Shown: one piece after another, positions 60,244 to 64,000 of the stretch
Layout of the letters: every line of letters starts with the position of its first letter
How positions within the stretch are numbered: the stretch's first letter is position 1
DNA from: Pecten maximus
Lineage: Eukaryota
DNA length: 64,000 nucleotides
Assembly (NCBI RefSeq): GCF_902652985.1
Contig: NC_047019.1
Coordinates: forward strand, 1,426,001 to 1,490,000
Reading direction: 5' to 3'
The notes under the pieces: generated by a model
Seen by the model: only the letters and a program-made list of their open reading frames with translations
What the model was told of the DNA's origin: nothing
Databases searched by the model: none
Translations under genes and position numbers: made by a program

Positions 60244-60841
60244 GACCTACTTTTTGTTTACAGAAAATATCGACGTCCCGCATTCCTCGTACAGAGGATG
60301 TTCCACGAACTCTGATAGAAGAGTTTCGGTTTTGTATATAGGTCATGGCCCAGATCCAACACTGTGTTGTAGTTACAATGACCAATCGTACAGTCAGCTG
60401 ATATATCAGCCGTGATACACACGGGTTGATATTTGTTAGCTTTATGACAATTTAGGTAATTTATGTAGTTTCTATAGAATACTTGAGAAATGGTTAAATT
60501 ATACAAGTCACTTTAAATAGTCCCTCGATGAAAACATTAGGCTTTCAATATTGGGGAAATGTTCAAAATCATTTCATTGTTTCTTTATCTATCTATTTTT
60601 TAGGACACTGCTTATGTGCACCAGCCCGAAAATATTCTGCTGTTTGTATTCTACAAGAAATGAATGAAAATCACACAAAAACCTAAATCATACGATTTCT
60701 TTTATTTCACAAATCGTGATCATATCCTTCCCCTAGCAAACATCAATTTGATCTAAAAAATATTTGTTTTACGTTTAAAAAATAATTGATTTCACTATTT
60801 ATTCACAGTAATTTTCGATTTGAGGGAATTTAACCCAGATC

Positions 60842-61000
60842 TATATGACGTCGAATATAACATATTTATATGACGTCACGTAGCAGGTTTATATGACGTC
60901 ACATAGCAGATTTATATGACGTCGATTATAACAGATTTACATGACGTCACGTAGCAGATTTATATGATGTCACGTAGTAGATTTATATGACGTCATGTAG
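60842..61000. repeat. 23-bp tandem repeat, ~7 copies, containing TGACGTCA
   Basis: Unit TTTATATGACGTCACGTAGCAGA. Confidence 0.88.
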
Positions 61001-61552
61001 TATGAGACGCGTACTCTTCCGGAACATCCGGTCTTTGTCATCCTTACACTATTCAGGGGTCTTCATACAAACATATCTTTGTTCGTATTTTCCCCTCATT
61101 TTATCAATTCAGAATTACTTTTTCGTTAATATGTGTCAAACCAGTCCTGTGTTTATTTGAATAAAGTTGGTTGATCATTAACTGTTGTTTCCTATTTACT
61201 GTATTAACCTGACAAAGACAGGACACTGTTGAATATCAACGAGTGGGAGAGGTCAGCAGTCAGCTACAAATACTACCAGTCAGTACGAAATCTAAAGTAT
61301 ACCTCGATATTTTTTCTTACTTGTCTATCAGGATCGATGGGTGATACTTGTCTGTGTATTAGGATCAATTGGTGATAGTTTTTTATTTATTAGGATCGAT
61401 TGGTGTTAAATACTATTTGGCGTAAATGAATACAACATATCTTAACTAAACCTGTGTATTTATTGTTCGGGACTTGGAACACTTTTAACAGGAAAGTTTT
61501 GACATTTGCACACTTGATGTTGATGACTTTACAGACTAGAGACTTTTACATT

Positions 61553-62497
61553 CCAAGATTACAGTAGGGTTAACAGAAATGCAGATATCATTTATACTCC
61601 TCTACACCAGTCTGTGTTATATTACCAGATTACAGTAGGGTTAACAGAAATACAGATATCATTTATACTCCTCTACACCAGTCTGTGTTATATTACCAGA
61701 TTACAGTAGGGTTAACAGAAACACAGATATCATTTATACTCCTCTACACCAGTCTCTGTTATATTACCAGATTACAGTAGGGTTAACAGAAATACAGATA
61801 TCATTTATACTCCTCTACAACAGTCTGTGTTATATTACCAGATTACAGTAGGGTTAACAGAAATACAGATATCATTTATACTCCTCTACACCAGTCTGTG
61901 TTATATTACCAGATTACAGTAGGGTTAACAGAAATACAGATATCATTTATACTCCTACACCAGTCTGTGTTATATTACCAGATTACAGTAGGGTTAACAG
62001 AAATACAGATATCATTTATACTACCTCTACACCAGTCTGTGTTATATTACCAGATTACAGTAGGGTTAACAGAAATACAGATATCATTTATACTCCTCTA
62101 CACCAGTCTGTGTTATATTACCAGATTACAGTAGGGTTAACAGAAATACAGATATCATTTATACTCCTCTACACCAGTCTGTGTTATATTACCAGATTAC
62201 AGTAGGGTTAACAGAAATACAGATATCATTTATACTCCTCTACACCAGTCTGTGTTATATTAACATATATACAAATATCATTGATACTCCTCTACACCAG
62301 TCTGTGTTATATTACCAGATTACAGTAGGGTTAACAGAAATACAGATATCATTTATACTCCTCTACACCAGTCCGTGTTATATTACCAGATTACAGTAGG
62401 GTTAACAGAAATACAGATATCATTTATACTCCTCTACACCAGTCTGTGTTATATTACCAGATTACAGTAGTGTTAACAGAAATACAGATATCATTTG
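61553..62497. repeat. 71-bp tandem repeat, ~13 copies
   Basis: Unit CCAGATTACAGTAGGGTTAACAGAAATACAGATATCATTTATACTCCTCTACACCAGTCTGTGTTATATTA. Confidence 0.97.
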
Positions 62498-63290
62498 TGT
62501 ACTGTCCCAGAATTAACTTCTGTAATATTCCCCATATGGTAAAGCGATATATTTTTGAATGTTGCGTTATTAAAGGACCTAATCCAGAGAGAACACTATA
62601 AAAGGAATGCGTATTTCAATGAGCAATGATATGTTCGCTGTATTATATCACGGTATTATTAGTCTGTTTATTGTCAAGGACGGCAAACACGATCAATAGC
62701 GATACCTGTCCTACCTGCACTATGTTTTTTTTTATTGATATTTTGGATTTTTGCCAGCTGTTGGTCCTTCATAAGCAGTTGTGTTTAAGACGTCATTTGG
62801 TGATTACTAAAGCTATACTTACATATTTATTCTGGAATATTCATGTGAGTACCGGGAAGTATTTTGTGCTTTTCTGTCTATCTAGAAAACACGAAGCTGT
62901 GGGAGAAGTGCTATGTATACTGATTGCTACAGTGTAACAGCTGTCTTTATACATGAAAGGACGGGTAAATATAATGAAAAACAGATATATGTTGAAAAAT
63001 TTAATTTGTAGAATCAGACATAGGTCAGAATCGAATACATGTTTGTTTGATACTTATACAAACAATTTGCATTTATTTTGAAATCGTATCCACATGGAAT
63101 ATTACTATTACTTCATAAACACTATCTATTAAGGTTCTTGATGTTTTTCGACAGAATTATGAAGATGGTGAAATTCTACACCAGGCTACCAACAACCAAA
63201 GATATATCCTATACACAAAGTTCGGAGGCATATATATTTAACAACAGTCCTTGTACCAGAAAATAGACGTCAGAGGCAGACAACAACTAA

Positions 63291-63900
63291 CTGACGTCAT
63301 CAGTACCACCCCAACATCACTCCACAAGATTAACCCAGGACAGAAAACAGACGGCTCACTGATGTCATCAGTACCATATCAACAACACTCCACAAGATTT
63401 ACCTAGGACAGAAAACAGACGGCTCACTGACGTCATCAGTACCCTCTCAACATCACTCCACAGGATTTACTCAGGAGAGTAAACAGACGGCTCACTGAAG
63501 TCACCAGTACCCTCTCAACATCACTCCACAGGATTTACTCAGGAGAATAAACAGACGGCTCAATGACGTCAACAGTACCATCTCAACAACAATCCGTAGG
63601 ATTTACCTAGGACAGGAAACAGACGATTAACTGACGTCATCAGTATCACCCCAACAACACTCCGTAAGATTAACCCAGGACAGGAAACAGACGGCTCATT
63701 GACGTCATCAGTACCCTCTCAACATCACTCCACAGGATTTACTCAGGAGAGGAAACAGACGGCTCACTGATGTCATCAGTATCACCCCAACAACACTCCG
63801 TAAGATTTACCCAGGACAAGAAAACAGAAGGGTCACTGATGTCATCAGTACCACCCTAACAACAATCCGTTGGATTTACCCAGGACAGGAAATAGGCGGC
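63291..63900. repeat. 68-bp tandem repeat, 9 copies
   Basis: Unit CTGACGTCATCAGTACC..C.CAACA.CACTCCA.A.GATTTAC.CAGGACAGAAAACAGACGGCTCA. Confidence 0.93.
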
Positions 63901-64000
63901 TAACATGTCTTGTCAAGTCTTGTTTCACTACGTACCAAAAGACTTTACAAAGAAATTTATAACGTTTGCCTTAACAACAGAGTTGGCAAAGAGTTATTCT

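Noticed and set aside
60227-63266. Possible exons of a further gene (60258-60400, 61205-61287, 63158-63266)
   Set aside because: Some splice-like signals exist, but there is no consistent frame or recognisable protein, so no CDS is supportable.

Overview
AT-rich, intron-containing animal genomic DNA. The SINE, Helentron, Crypton and satellite repertoire and the protein types suggest a bivalve mollusc, possibly a scallop; this is inference. Three genes are supported. (1) An intronless ankyrin-repeat/SOCS-box gene on the minus strand (8480-10198). (2) A ~19 kb minus-strand gene largely missed by the ORF track. It is built from 27 symmetric phase-1 exons, each encoding one Cys/Lys/Tyr/Gly-rich EGF-like module, and 17 of them are almost identical in DNA; it is a candidate byssal/adhesive structural protein. 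(3) A plus-strand cellular (RNAi-type) RNA-dependent RNA polymerase of ~1967 aa with an intact DLDGD motif (47974-55953). Its ~780-aa C-terminal extension looks like an inactive TUTase/poly(A)-polymerase-like nucleotidyltransferase, a degenerate KH domain and a possible CYTH/triphosphate-tunnel-like domain, and an ISRE-like motif lies at its putative first exon. The rest is a decayed Ngaro/DIRS tyrosine-recombinase retrotransposon, nested Crypton-like elements, a Helentron-type insertion, SINEs, LINE/Gypsy scraps and many minisatellites. All coordinates and exon models were derived by hand; no database searches were run.
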